Shown here piece after piece: positions 15,261 through 28,829 of a DNA stretch of 64,000 bases (position 1 is its first letter; every line of letters begins with the position of its first letter). This DNA comes from the human T2T-CHM13v2.0 reference genome, Homo sapiens. Under the pieces are notes generated by a model, which was given only the letters and a program-made list of their open reading frames with translations, ran no database searches and was not told the DNA's origin. The stretch is from assembly GCF_009914755.1 (NCBI RefSeq), contig NC_060942.1. One strand, 5' to 3'. Both the position numbers and the translations under genes were made by a program.

Positions 15261-15565
15261 TTCTTTTTTTTTTTTTTTTTTTTTTTTGAGATGGAGTCTC
15301 CCTCTGTCGCCAGGATGGAGTGCAGTTGTGCAATCTTGGCTCACAGCAACCTCCGCTTCCCGGTTCAAGCGATTCTCCTGCCTCAGCCTCCAAAGTAGCT
15401 GGGACTACAGGCATGTGCCACCATGCCAGGCTAATTTTTGTATTTTCAGTAGAGACAGCGTTTCACCATGTTGGCCAGAATGGTCTCAATCTCTTGACTT
15501 CGTGATCTGTCTGCCTCGGCCTCCCAAAGTACTGGGATTACAGGTGTGAGCCACTGCACCCGGCC
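15261..15565 (-). mobile_element. AluSc-like
   Basis: gtcgccagg single-C variant and ctcttgacttcgtgatc; 17-bp TSD tacctttcccagctttc/taccttccccagctttc. Confidence 0.96.
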
Positions 15566-15589
15566 TACCTTCCCCAGCTTTCATTGCTG

Positions 15590-15880
15590 ACTGTCCACGA
15601 CAAAGCATGACTAATGATGGGGAGCAATGGTGAGAGGTGCACCTTCCGTGCTTGGCCCATCAAAACTCCCACACCTCTTCCTTTTTACTGGTTGGGATGG
15701 AAATGATTCACAGGGTTATTTGTGAATTATTATAGGGTGGGCGGAATCCCCAGAGTATATCATTTGGCTGCCTGCCCATACATTTGCTCATGGCAGTATA
15801 ATGTGAGGCAAAACTAAAACTTTCATGCATGAAGTCATGAATATTCAGGATTTGTCTTTTACAGTAGATAGTATTAGTTA
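15590..15880 (+). mobile_element. possible old MLT1 LTR fragment
   Basis: degenerate cttggcccatcaaaactccc and ggcggaatcccc motifs; boundaries approximate. Confidence 0.4.
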
Positions 15881-15914
15881 AGTCAATTAAGCCCCTTAAA
15901 TTTTTTTCCGACCA

Positions 15915-17060
15915 CACCTACTCCCCTTGCTCCCCAGAGGCAGCCATTCTAATGAATTGAGTATATATATGTTTTGTATGTTTCTTTCTAAATGCATATA
16001 TTTGAAGACTAAATTCCTTCAGTGCATTATACATACTGAATTTTGTTTCTTATTTATTTTCACTTAGCACTTTCTTCGTTTTAATTTATTTTTAATTGAC
16101 AAATAGTAATTGTATATATTTATGGGGTACAATGTGATGTTTTAATATATGTTTAGATTGTGAAATGGTGAAACAAGCTAATCACTTCATCGCATCACAT
16201 CATTATCATTTTTCTGTAGGGAAATATTTAAAATATATATATTCTTTTAGCAGTTTTGGAATACAGAGTGCACTGTTATTTATTATAGTCACCATTCTGT
16301 GCAATATTACTAAAATTTATTCCTCCCGTTTAACTGAAACTTTGTACGGAAAGACAAATACCACATCATCTCACGTGTCTGCGGAGTCTACAAAAGCAGA
16401 ACTCATGGACATAGAGAGCAGGTGGTGGTTACCAGAGTGTGGCATTTGGGGTGGGTCGGGAAGAAGAGATGTGGGACACTCTTAAAATTGATCCATGTTA
16501 CTAGGTGCAGAGCTTGAGCATCGCTCTTCAGCACTGTGTAGTGCCCGCAGTGTACATCTTCCACATTTCACTGTACCTCAGTGATAGATTTCCAAATGGC
16601 CTCAAATGTCCCTCCAAGCCATACGAAAACAAATACCTTCTGTATGTGCCATGATGAACCTCTGTTAGAGTTTCTAGGGGTTGCATACCCAGGAGCAGGA
16701 TTGCTGGGCCATGTGAAATGCAGGTATTTAACTAAGCAACCCGAGATGCTCTTCAATAGCTGCAGCAGGTGCTTTTCCATCAGCAAGAGGGTTTCTCCAT
16801 TCCCCACATCCTCTAGTTTCATAGTGTTTGCTAGTGTAGTAAGTGTGAAGTGAGTTGGCATTATTCTTTTAATTTACATGATTCTAGATAGTGAGTCTGA
16901 GTAGTTTTGTATGTGCTTGCCATTCTTAAGGTTCCATTTATACTAACTGCCTATTTACATCTTTTGCCTTTTTTAGGTAGAGATTTCTCGTTATTTTAAT
17001 GTTTTCCAAAAGATGTTTATTCTAGACAATGTTTTATTATGTAATTTTAACATGGCAAAT
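15915..17060 (-). mobile_element. old L1ME/L1MC 3' fragment interrupted by a younger L1MA
   Basis: ccccagaggcagccattcta, atccatgtta, atacccaggagcaggattgctgggccat, tttctccattccccacatcct, gcaaatatctttccca. Confidence 0.7.
16079..16475 (-). mobile_element. short L1MA 3' end with 5' inversion
   Basis: 16079-16347 is the antisense L1MA terminus (ttttaattgacaaatagtaattgtatatatttatggggtacaatgtgatg...aactgaaactttgtac); 16348-16475 is the sense upstream part (gaaagacaaataccac...gagatgtggg). Confidence 0.8.
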
Positions 17061-17869
17061 ATCTTTCCCAAAGTTATCCTATAGTTGTAAAGATACTCAG
17101 AGCAGAATTTGAGAATATTACACACATCAAAAATTATCTTGCATTAGAAACAAGCTAAAGTAATTAAAATTGTAAAAAGGTTGTATTACCTGGCCTCACT
17201 TCCTCACACTGCAGTTGTATTTATTTAAATGAGTAGAGATATTTTCAGGTAAACAGATTTCTTTGACACCTCATATAGTGAAATAATACCTTATATGGTC
17301 AACTTGTCTAAATAAATGTGTTTTTTTGTTTGGTTTTTTTTTTTTTTTTTTTTTTACAAAAACCTTATGCCACAAAGATTAAGTAGTTACCTTTAGTAAT
17401 ATTAGTGATTTTTTTGCATAAGATCTAATAGATGATAATGTGGATAATTCTACTTATGATATATTCTGTTACAGTATACTTTGAAATTAAGGGTAAGAGT
17501 TACTTGCTTCATAAAAGTTATTCTAATAAATTATAATCATATGATTTTAGAAAACTTGGTTTTTTAGATCCAAAATTTTCAAATGTTGACATCGTATTTA
17601 TGTTTAATAATGTAGTTGATTAACCAGTTTCATCTTACTTTCTAAACTGTTAAGTTGAGTTTGGACTAATGATAATTCCATTTCTGGACTGAAATTTGCC
17701 ATCACCAAAGTATTGTTTTAAGATGTATTTTCAGACAATGTGGGCAGTTCAGCCCAATAATCGCTACTTCTAAAAAATTGTTCAAGGAACAAGCCGATGG
17801 CCTTTCAGCAGTGAGCTAATGCATACATTATTCACATCTTTTAGCTCATGTTTTTCTTTGTTGAGAATT

Positions 17870-18100
17870 TAATAGCACAGGTTGGGAGCTCTAGGTTCAA
17901 GAACACGCTTGAACCTAACAGCTGTGTGAGCTGTGGCACCCCCTTGCTTTTTTGTGTTTCATTTCCTTCATTTGTTAAATGGGAGCAGTGAAGCTTCTCT
18001 TATTAAATATTTGTAAGGAACTGATTGTGGAATGTGCACGATATACTTAGCGCAGCACCAAATATGTAATAACTGTTCCATACATTTCCATTGTTAATAT
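17870..18100 (+). mobile_element. MIR
   Basis: taggttcaag...agctgtgtgagc...tttcatttccttcatttgttaaatggg...cttagcgcagcacc. Confidence 0.7.
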
Positions 18101-18727
18101 TTTCAAAAACTTTCTCCCATTTCAAAGTCTGGAAATTTCCCACTTTCCTAATCAATTCTTTCTTGATTCCTTTAGTTTATAAGGATCTCTCTCCTTCCTC
18201 AAAACTTCTGCAGCATAGGTATGATTCACAGCAATTTTAGCACTTGATTATACTCTATAATCTATTATTTTAAAAATATTTTATGGACATTAATTCTGTC
18301 TCACTAAACACATAACAAGCAGCCAGAGATAGAGATCACTTTCTATACTTTTCTTGTCTTGTCTTAGCCACAATGGAGGTGGAGGCAGTGAAGACTTTTG
18401 ACAAGCTCATTGTTCTTTACAAAGAATAGCAATTAAGAATAATTTAAGGGAGTATGTGTTTTACAGTGGTTATTATTTCATGAATTTTTAAAAGAAGGTT
18501 GTGTGTAGTCCTTTATAAGTGTGAATATCAAGTCCTGTACTTACGGTCAAATAAATATATTTAAGGCAGCATTAAAACTTATTACCGACCTAAAAGATAC
18601 CTAAAAGTGATTCTGACCCCTCCTCAGTGTGTCATATGACAATCTCCTGTGATAAAGGCATATATTCATGAGCAAATCAAATGCCCAACACAGTACTCAA
18701 GGCTGGGTTGAGTTCAAAATATATTTA

Positions 18728-19085
<358 letters not shown>

Positions 19086-19429
19086 TTATTCAATGTAAGA
19101 TCAACTATATGTTATTGTCTCTGAGCTTCCCAATGTATGAGGCTTAAATAGCCTAAATTGAAAATCATGAAAGTTTCTTGCAAAGATCTTCTTTCCTCTT
19201 TGGGAAGAGGAGTTTCTTTCATCAAAATCCTTGAATTTGGAGGAGAAGGATATGGACGAACACTAGAAGGTGAAAATATTAACTTGGAAAACAGCTTTTG
19301 ATCTAGAAATGCCTCAAAAAACAATTTTCTATATTTATATTTCGTGCTTCGTGGCCAATCCTTTTCCTATACAGCTTTTAGAATTTTTTTTCTTACAAAT
19401 ACAATAGATAAGTTTCCTCCTTTGTTTAA

Positions 19430-19804
19430 GGTCTTTCAAATGTACCCTGAGTCTGACTTTACTGCAAACTCCTAGCATGGTGTACAAGGCACTTTACTGA
19501 CACAGCCTGCTCACATGTCCAGGCCAATTTCTTGCCACTGTCCTATGAGAATACAACACAATACCAAATTGCTCAATTCTCAGTTCTCAGAACATGACTA
19601 TCACTTTGTTTGTTACAGTTTCCATCCATTTGCTCTTCTGCCTTGAATATATTTCTCTTTTTTTTTCCAAATATTTATTTTAAGATTTATTTCAAGTTTG
19701 TTCTTTAGCAATCAGGTATGACTTCCTTTTGGAGTCCTCTTCTAACACTATGTACTCTGAAAAAAATCATAACAACCCCTTCACAAACACAACTCCCCAG
19801 TACA

Positions 19805-19843
<39 letters not shown>

Positions 19844-20035
19844 CTTTCATGGGCACATTTCACCCATACCCATGATCTGTCACAGTGTCTGTAAAATTGT
19901 GTTGTAGTCAATTTGTTAGTCTTTCTCATGTCCCGTGCTGACATTTTTCAGACAGGAACTTTCTTCTTTCATATATAGGCTTACCATTTTGTCTGACATA
20001 GAATGAGTGTTAAGTAGGTGCTTATTGAATAAGTG
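19430..20035 (+). mobile_element. L2 3' fragment containing (CA)n at ~19807-19841
   Basis: aaactcctagcatggtgtacaaggc, ttgctcttctgccttgaat, terminal tgcttattgaataagtga. Confidence 0.65.
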
Positions 20036-20540
20036 ACTCAGTTACATAGCTTTGCAAAAAGTGTTGGTATTATGGAGACTAAAGAGATTAATGATAATAC
20101 AGTGCACTTGTATCTCCTTGCTTTATCTTAAATTATTTAAACTACCTTGCAGCAAAGAAAATAGCACCATTAAACTTTACATTTTAAACAAAAACAAAGA
20201 AATATGGAACCAAGAACATGTCAGTGGGCAGTAACTATCACAGAGAACCTATTCTAGGATATGCACCTCTATGTGTAACTCTTCCATATGCTGGACACTT
20301 AGGAAAATAAATTTCTTATTGCACCTAATAATTTAAGAACACAAATGCAGAGAGTTTATAAAACTTTTTGGCACCAAATGCTTTGGAAAATAGCTTATTC
20401 CTTATACAAAGCATTCAAGAATGGTAGAAAAGTATACTAGATAAAATAAAGTCACCAAAATTATGCTTTCTGGTGTTAACAACTTCTAACATTTGTGTGT
20501 ATCTTGCTATGTGTGTATCCTGCTAAGTATATATAAGTCA

Positions 20541-21208
20541 TATGTGTGTGTGTATATATATATGTTTTACACATATATGTTTTACACATATGTTTTACAC
20601 ATATATGTTTTACACATATATGTTTTACACATATGTTTTACACATATATGTTTTACACATATGTTTTACATATATATGTTTTACATATATATATGTTTTA
20701 CATATATATATGTTTTACATATATATGTTTTACATATATATATGTTTTACATATATATATGTTTTACATATATATGTTTTACATATATATATGTTTTACA
20801 TATATATGTTTTACATATATATATGTTTTACATATATATGTTTTACATATATATGTTTTACATATATATATGTTTTACATATATATATGTTTTACATATA
20901 TATGTTTTACATATATATATGTTTTACATATATATGTTTTACATATATATATGTTTTACACATATATGTTTTACATATATATATGTTTTACACATATATG
21001 TTTTACATATATATGTTTTACACATATATGTTTCACACATATGTTTTACACATATATGTTTCACACATATGTTTTACACATATATGTTTCACACATATGT
21101 TTTACACATATATGTTTCACACATATGTTTTACACATATGTTTTACACACATATGTTTTACACATATATGTTTTACACATATATGTTTTACATATATATA
21201 GAGAGAGA
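20541..21208. repeat. AT-rich compound minisatellite, units GTTTTAC(AC)0-1(AT)n of 13/15/17 bp, about 40 copies
   Basis: directly visible tandem array; explains the three overlapping low-complexity ORFs. Confidence 0.97.
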
Positions 21209-21639
21209 TTTGCAACAATTTTCAAAAAATTTTTTGATAAGATTCCTATGGTTATGAACCATAAACCAACAAAAGCAATAACAGCTACAGTGGGCTCTTC
21301 TTATTTTATTTCTATACTTTGAATTACTATTTTATATTCTGTTTTGTATTAGTATATCCTCTATGTTTTTTCATTTTAATAAATGCAAATCTATATTACA
21401 TAATGTTTCATTGTACTTATATGCAATATTATTGATCTGCACTATTTTAGAAAATGTCGCTTAGATTGCTTTTGGTGTTTTCACTTATAAACAATATGGC
21501 TATGAACATCCAGACACATATGTTTTAGACTGTGAATGGACAGAGAAAGTGAAAAATTGCCACAAGCCTGTGATGAGCTGAAACCAATTCAAAAGGAAAG
21601 TTTTTCCCATTTTTTCCACACTATCTTTAAAAGGATGCT

Positions 21640-21940
21640 GGTCAGGTGTAGTGGCTCACGCCTGTAATCCCAGCACTTTGGGAGGCTGAGATGTGCAGAT
21701 CCTAAGTTCAGGAGTTCAAGACCAGCCTGGTCAGCATGGTGAAACCCTTTCTCTACTAAAAATACAAAAAATTATCCAGGCATGCTGGTGCGCACCTGTA
21801 GTCCTAGCTACTCGGGAGGCTGGCAGGAGAATTGCTTGAACATGGCAGGCGGAGGTTGCAGTGAGCCAAGATCACGCCGCTGCACTCCAGCCTGGGCAAC
21901 AGAACTAGAATCCATCTCAAAAAAAAAAAAAAAAAAAAAA
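21640..21940 (+). mobile_element. AluS (Sg-like)
   Basis: full dimer with A tail; TSD aaaaggatgct/aaaagatgct. Confidence 0.95.
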
Positions 21941-22266
21941 GATGCTTGCATAGCAAGAGTCTTAGAAGGTTGAGGCAGTGTCTCTCTTTGGAGCAAAAGG
22001 CAGCCATGTTTACTCTTCAATGAAGATATGGGTTCTTGACCAGAAGACACAGATGCCACTAACTCATATGGGGCTTAGCAAAGATGTTGAAGATGTTTGA
22101 GTTAATCTTAGGACTATGAGAAAACATCAGTGTGTCTACATGAGGCATTATAACAATATATGTGGTTATGGAGACCCATATATATCCACGATATTACTAG
22201 AACTTCAGAAGCTGCTCCCATATTCCCACAGAATCACCAATGGTGACTTTAAATACAAAGTATACC

Positions 22267-24080
22267 TTTTTTTTATTACACTTTAAGTTCTGGAATACAT
22301 GTGTAGAACGTGCAGCTTTGTTACACAGGTATACATGTGCCATGGCATTTTGCTGCACCCATCAACCTGTCATCTACATTAGGTATTTCTCCTAAGGCTA
22401 TCCCTACCCTAGCCCCCCCTTCCCCAGAGAGGCCCCAGTGTGTGATGTTCCCCTTCACACACTGTGTGAACAAATGTGTCCATGTGTTCTCATTGTTCAA
22501 CTCCCACATATGAGTGAGAACATGTGGTGTTTTGTTTTCTGTTCTTGTGTTAGTTTGCTGAGAATGATGATTTCCAGCTTCATCCATGTCCCTGCAAAGG
22601 ATATGAACTCATTCGTTTTTATAGCTGGATAGTATTCCATGGTATGTATGTGCCACATTTTCTTTATCCAGTCTATCATTGATGGGCATTTTGGTTAATT
22701 CCAAGTCTTTGCTATTGTGAACAGTGCTGCAATAAACATACATAAATCATAGTAGAATGATTTATAATCCTTTGGGTATATACTCAGTAATGGGATTGCT
22801 GGGTCAAGTGGTATTTCTGGTTCTAGATCCTTGAGGAATTGCCACACTGTCTTCCACAATAGTTGAACTAATCATGGGTGAACTCCTGTTCACAATTGTT
22901 ACAAAGAGAATAAAATACTTAGGAATACAACTTAAAAGGGCTGTGAAGGACCTTTTCAAGGAGAACAAAAAAACACTGCTCAAGGAAATAAGACAGGATA
23001 CATTGCTCAAGGAAATAAGAGAGGATACATACAAATGGAAAAACATTCCATGTTCATGGATAGGAAGAATCGATATTGTGAAAATGCCCATACTCCCCAG
23101 AGTAATTTATAGATTCAATGCTACCTACATGAAGCTAGCATTGAATTTCTTGACAGAATTAGAAAAAACTACTTTAAATTTCATGTAGAGCCAAAAAAGG
23201 GCCCGTATAGCCAAGACAGTCCTAAGCAAAAAGAAAAAGCTGGTGACATCACGCTACCTGACTTCAAACTATACTACAAGTCTGCAGTAACCAAAACAAC
23301 ATGATACTGGTACCGAAACAGATATATAGACCAATGGAACAGAACAAAGACCTCAGAAACAATGCCACACATCTACAACCATCTGATCTTCAAAAAATTC
23401 TGACAAAAGCATGGGGAAAGAGTTCCCTATTTAATAAATGGTGCTGGGAAAACTGGCTAGCCATATGCAGACAACTGAAACTGGACCCCTTCCTCTCACC
23501 TTACACAAAAATTAACTCAAGATGGATTAAAGACTTAAACGTAAGACCTAAAACCATAAAAACCCTAGAAGAAAACCTAAGTGGTACCATTCAGAACTTA
23601 GGCATGGGCAAAGACTTCATGACTAAAACACCAAAAGCAATAGCAATAAAAGCCAAAATAGACAAATGGGATCTAATTAAACTAAAGAGCTTCTGCCCAG
23701 CCAAAGAAACTATCATCAGAGTGAACAGGCAAACTACTGAATGGGAGAAAATTTTTGCAATCTACCCATTTGACAAAGGGTGAATATCCATAATCTACAA
23801 GGAACTTAAACAAATTTACAAGAAAAAAACAAACAACCCCATCAAAAAGTGGGTGAAGGATATGAACAGACACTTCTCAAAAGAAGATATTTGTGTGGCC
23901 CACAAACATATTTTTAAAAAGCTCATCATCACTGCTCATTAGAGAAATGCAAATCAAAATCACAATGAGATACCATATCACGCCAGTTAGAATGGCGATT
24001 ATTAAAAAGTCAGGAAACAACAGATGCTGGAGAGGATGTGGAGAAATAGGAATGCTTTCACACTGTTGGTGGGAGTGCAA
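22267..24080 (-). mobile_element. L1PA (about PA7/PA8) 5'-truncated insertion with twin-priming inversion
   Basis: 22267-22872 is the antisense 3'UTR with poly-T; 22873-24080 is sense ORF2 C-terminus ([43 protein letters not shown]); TSD caaagtataccttt/caaagtatgccttt. Confidence 0.95.
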
Positions 24081-24599
24081 AGTATGCCTTTGTCCTTAAC
24101 TGTAGTTCACACTTTTTAATGCTTAAATGTGGAATATTTTATCATAATTTATTAATGTTTTCATTTTCTTGAATAGATGTGTATAGGCTAGTTACACTTG
24201 CCATGAATTCCATATTGGGATATGTCTATGCATAATAACAAGGGAATGTAGATTCAGGTAGGGAGGAGGACCATTGCTCCAGCTCTTGGTCCTCAGCTGA
24301 CCCAGACCCCTTTATCTGTGCTAAGCATCCATTTATTGGCACTCTGTACCACTCGGCTTCCTTAGACAGCAGAGACAGATCTCAAACATTTTTTACCAGG
24401 AAGTTTTCATGTTGTAAGTGTTTCAAGTTTGACAACCTTTTCACCAGGCACAGTCTTTGCAATACAACAGGTTTCAAAGGGCAATATTTGTAATACTACA
24501 TGGAGAGGTCCCCTTAAACTCCCTTATTTATTTACTATTTATGAATTTATTTGCATTTAATAACTAAAATGACCACTTACATGATACGTATTCTTTAAG

Positions 24600-24960
24600 C
24601 CGAGTTTATTCTTTTGACAAATATTTTTATATCACACTAGGATAGATTCTGGTAATCAAAAATAGACACAGTCCCTGCTCTTATGGATGGCATAGTCTAA
24701 TCAACCAAATAATTATATCAAGAATTAAAATTCTATTTGTTGTAAGAGTTAAATAAGAAAGAGTTATGTGAAAGTAAGGAATATAAACTAGTGTGGGTGG
24801 GTGCTGAGGGTAAAGAAGCTTCCCAGAGAAATTGACAATAGAGTTGGTAGGCAAAAGGTGAGGTGAAATTAGCAGATGTAAGAATGGAAAGCAAGAGGCT
24901 GGGGTAAGGGAGGACTGCATTCCAGGGAGTGAAAAGTGTCTGTAAATCTCCTATAGACAT
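24600..24960 (-). mobile_element. L2 fragment
   Basis: gacacagtccctgctcttatgg, gcttcccagagaaattgaca, gcattccaggga. Confidence 0.65.
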
Positions 24961-25006
24961 GAATATCTTTTTCCTGAATTATTCCACCTTGATAAACAAT
25001 TTCCTT

Positions 25007-25035
25007 TAGATAGATAGATAGGTACACAGATAGAT

Positions 25036-25077
<42 letters not shown>

Positions 25078-25091
25078 GAGATAGATAGATA
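25007..25091. repeat. (GATA)n compound tetranucleotide STR
   Basis: tagatagatagataggtacacagatagatga(taga)n gagatagatagata. Confidence 0.97.
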
Positions 25092-26394
25092 AAATATATT
25101 GGTTCTAAAATGATATGTTTATAGGACTGCTTCCTTAAAGTTTTGTTTAACCAAGCCTCTGGCTGGAATTATGATTTCAATTTACCATATTTCTCAAAAC
25201 TGTGAAATTTCTCTTCCTCTCTTTTAAAAAATTTAAAAAGGAATGTAGCCTACTACATAAAAATTGTTTATAAAATAATTACAACTGGGAAAATTATACA
25301 TCCCAATTTTAAAGTCTGAATATTCCTAAGCCCCAACTCTGTACCATATCAACTGAAGAAATGACACTAGGGAAAGTAATGTATCAGGTAGATATAGACA
25401 TTATTATATTAGGCCTAACTGGCTGCTATTTGGGGGCCAATCATATAAGACATACTACTTGATAAGCTTGCATGTAGTATGACATAAGAATCATGAATTA
25501 AATTCTTGAATTTTATGATGTAGGACAGTCTTCATATATGGTAGAATAAATCTAAGACTAATACATTTATATATAAAATGTATATTACACCAATTTTTAG
25601 CACAAAATACCATGACCTGTATTAAGGAAAATACTCCTTTTTTCATCATATTTTTCTCTTGTAACTGCATATAACAGATAGATGGTTATGATCATATTAT
25701 ATTTACACTGAATATCAACTCTCCTTTCTCTCACTGACTTATAATCTGTTGACTGCAGCATATTTTAAAGGATGTAAGAATGCGCAACCACCATCTGGCT
25801 ATTTGAATTTTTGAGCAAAGATATTTTGGGCAATGAATTATTTTACTGTTGCGATTGTCCTAGTTCACGAATAAATATCATGAAGGATTTTTGTCTGCAG
25901 AGAAAAGTGACCTCTGTCTATTATATGATCTCAATGAGAGTGTTTGACCTTCCTAAATCCTTGACATAAAATACAATATAGATGCAAATGAGCTCTGGAT
26001 TTCCAAAATAAGTTCCTTCCATGACACCCTTTATTACATTTTTAAAATCTAGCCAAAGAGAGACAATTCAAAGTGCTCTATATAGTGAATTGAATTCCGT
26101 TCTGTTTTCAGCTGCTCACAAATGCAGAAGCTAAATAGAATCCTTTAGAAAGCACACAAAGAGAGAGAGAGAGAGTGACGTAACTGAGGAATGAGGCATG
26201 TATAGATGGTCAAAACATGAAGTCAGACAGATAACACATCCACAGAAAGTTCTTATCTTGTGCATACAGAAATATATATTCTATCCTCATTTTCTGGGGC
26301 ACCGAGGCTCAGCTAGAGAATGGGGTCTGAGACACTTAGCAAAACGAAAATCATGAATATAGACTGAACAATGATGTGAATAAACATTGGATTA

Positions 26395-26795
<401 letters not shown>

Positions 26796-28629
26796 TTTTT
26801 TAAAAAATGACAAAGAGGCATAACGCAAATATAGTCCCACAGAGGAAAAAAATAGGGGGGTTTAGTTGCTGTCTAATGGAAAGCATGATGCTGTTAAGAA
26901 ACCTAGAGCAACATCAAGGGAAAATGTGTAGTCTGTGTATGGAATAATCAGAAGAGGTGGTATTAAGCAAAATTTTCAGATAGGCAATGGTGGCACACTA
27001 GAAAATAGGAACAAGGAAGGAAGAATAATTTCAAGGTAAAAAAGGAGTTTACTGGGATAAATGGATCTCAGAAAGACAATACATTGTTTTTATATGATTT
27101 AAATCTAACTTTTCTTTCTTGTGTTTTCCTTTGTAAAAACAAATCCCAGAAAATCCAGTAATTTAAGAGATCAATACAATTTTCCTATTCATTGATGAAT
27201 TGTGTTTGTGTGATATGTGCATCCTACTGCTAAAAACACATTCCGATGGGCAGAATGGTATTTAAAAATGAACACATAAGCATGACTTGTTATTAACAAT
27301 TTTTTAAAAAGTAAATGTTTTCTTAATATGAATTTCTATATTACTTCAATGACACAGAAATTTATTATTTCACTTTTTTCTACTCTTCTCTGCAGTTTAC
27401 TTTGATTGCCTTGAGAATGTTTCACTTTCTCCTTTATGGGTAGAGTACAATTAATTATCTTGGCATTAACCCACAAGGATACCAAGAAGAGTTTTTCAAT
27501 TAAAAGCAAAGAGAAAAGATATTAGAGTTGGTTACATGTGTCTCTAAAGTAATCAGACTATATCACAGAATATGAGCACATGAGCCAGTCAGCACATATC
27601 CAATGCCATGCTTCAAAAAATTCTAGACTGGTTTTCCTAAACCACCTAAACTACGGAAGTTCACCCAGGAAAACTATAATTACCAAATAATTTGTATTTG
27701 ACCCTGAGAATGTAACAATATTTGAATATACTTACATCTAAAAATTTGTGAAGATTGAGTTGTAAACAAAATGATATAGCTGCATTATCAATATTAACTC
27801 GAAGATCCAGAAAATCATTTTATCTTGATCACATTACCCTGAACCTTTAAATGTCTCCTTCTTAATTTCAGTTCAATAAGCATTGACACAACATTGATCA
27901 TTGTGCAGACTCTCATGCACTCCATACTGGAGATGCAACATTTCAGTAGTCCTTGTGATCAATGACATTAGCATAAATTATAGGCCCCAATATTTGCCTT
28001 CCTATTTCTAACCATTGCTCTACCTCTTCCACTCCATTCCACAGAGCTACAATAAAAAACAAAACACAAAATCGTGGTTTAGCAGAAAATGACCTCATGC
28101 TGTTCATCTGACATCTCTATTGGAAAAAGTGGAATATTCCATATTTGCCTTACAATTTCATCTTTATAAAGATGTAGGTCCCCAAATTACATCATATCAT
28201 AATTAAATTATCATTCAACCATATCACCAATTTAACTTCTTTTTGTTATCATTAGAACCTACTGATTTAGTAACTTGAATGATCAAAGGAAATGCCTCTC
28301 ATATTTGCCTTGACCAAAGTCTTATTCTTCAATTCAACATATACGCATTGAGTTTATATGACAGATGCTAAGATACACGTGTGGTACAGTGATGAAAAAG
28401 TAGACAAGGCTCCTCCCCTTTGGTAGTTCACATTCTTGTGGGGAAAGAAAAAGATAAAAAATCAAAGTACGTAATCAAAAAGAATCATTACACAGTGTGG
28501 AAAATACTATTCCAAAGATACATGATATAAAGAAATTTGGGTCGGATGAGTACACCACCGTATTATGAATAATGAAGTCTTAAGAATGACAAGAAGGAAG
28601 AGACATGGGCCATTGCATTGTTGCGTTGT

Positions 28630-28829
28630 TGAGCTGGGTGGCGACATAGTGTGTACATTCGTCTTCCCAGCCCTGTGTTCAGTGACGTCACGCTTTGGGA
28701 GTTTAAATTTACCCTGGTAGGAGTATTTGCACAACAGAAATCAGCAAACATCAGGTATTAGGGATTTTTTTTCCTTTCCTTTCCTTTTCTTTTTTTTCCC
28801 CAGAGCCAGCTATTAAATATTTACCAGCA
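28630..28829 (-). mobile_element. MER63-type hAT (Blackjack) DNA transposon fragment
   Basis: reverse complement reads tgctggtaaatatttaatagctggctct...aaatactcctaccagg...cgtgacgtcactgaac, matching the recalled MER63 consensus. Confidence 0.75.

Noticed and set aside
20493-21322. Three long overlapping ORFs (219-258 aa, YICFT/HIYVL/YMFY repeats)
   Set aside because: They are an artefact of a minisatellite that lacks stop codons on the plus strand; there are no coding features
22874-24099. ORFs resembling a reverse-transcriptase protein C-terminus
   Set aside because: They are interrupted fragments of L1 ORF2 in a truncated, inverted copy, not a functional gene
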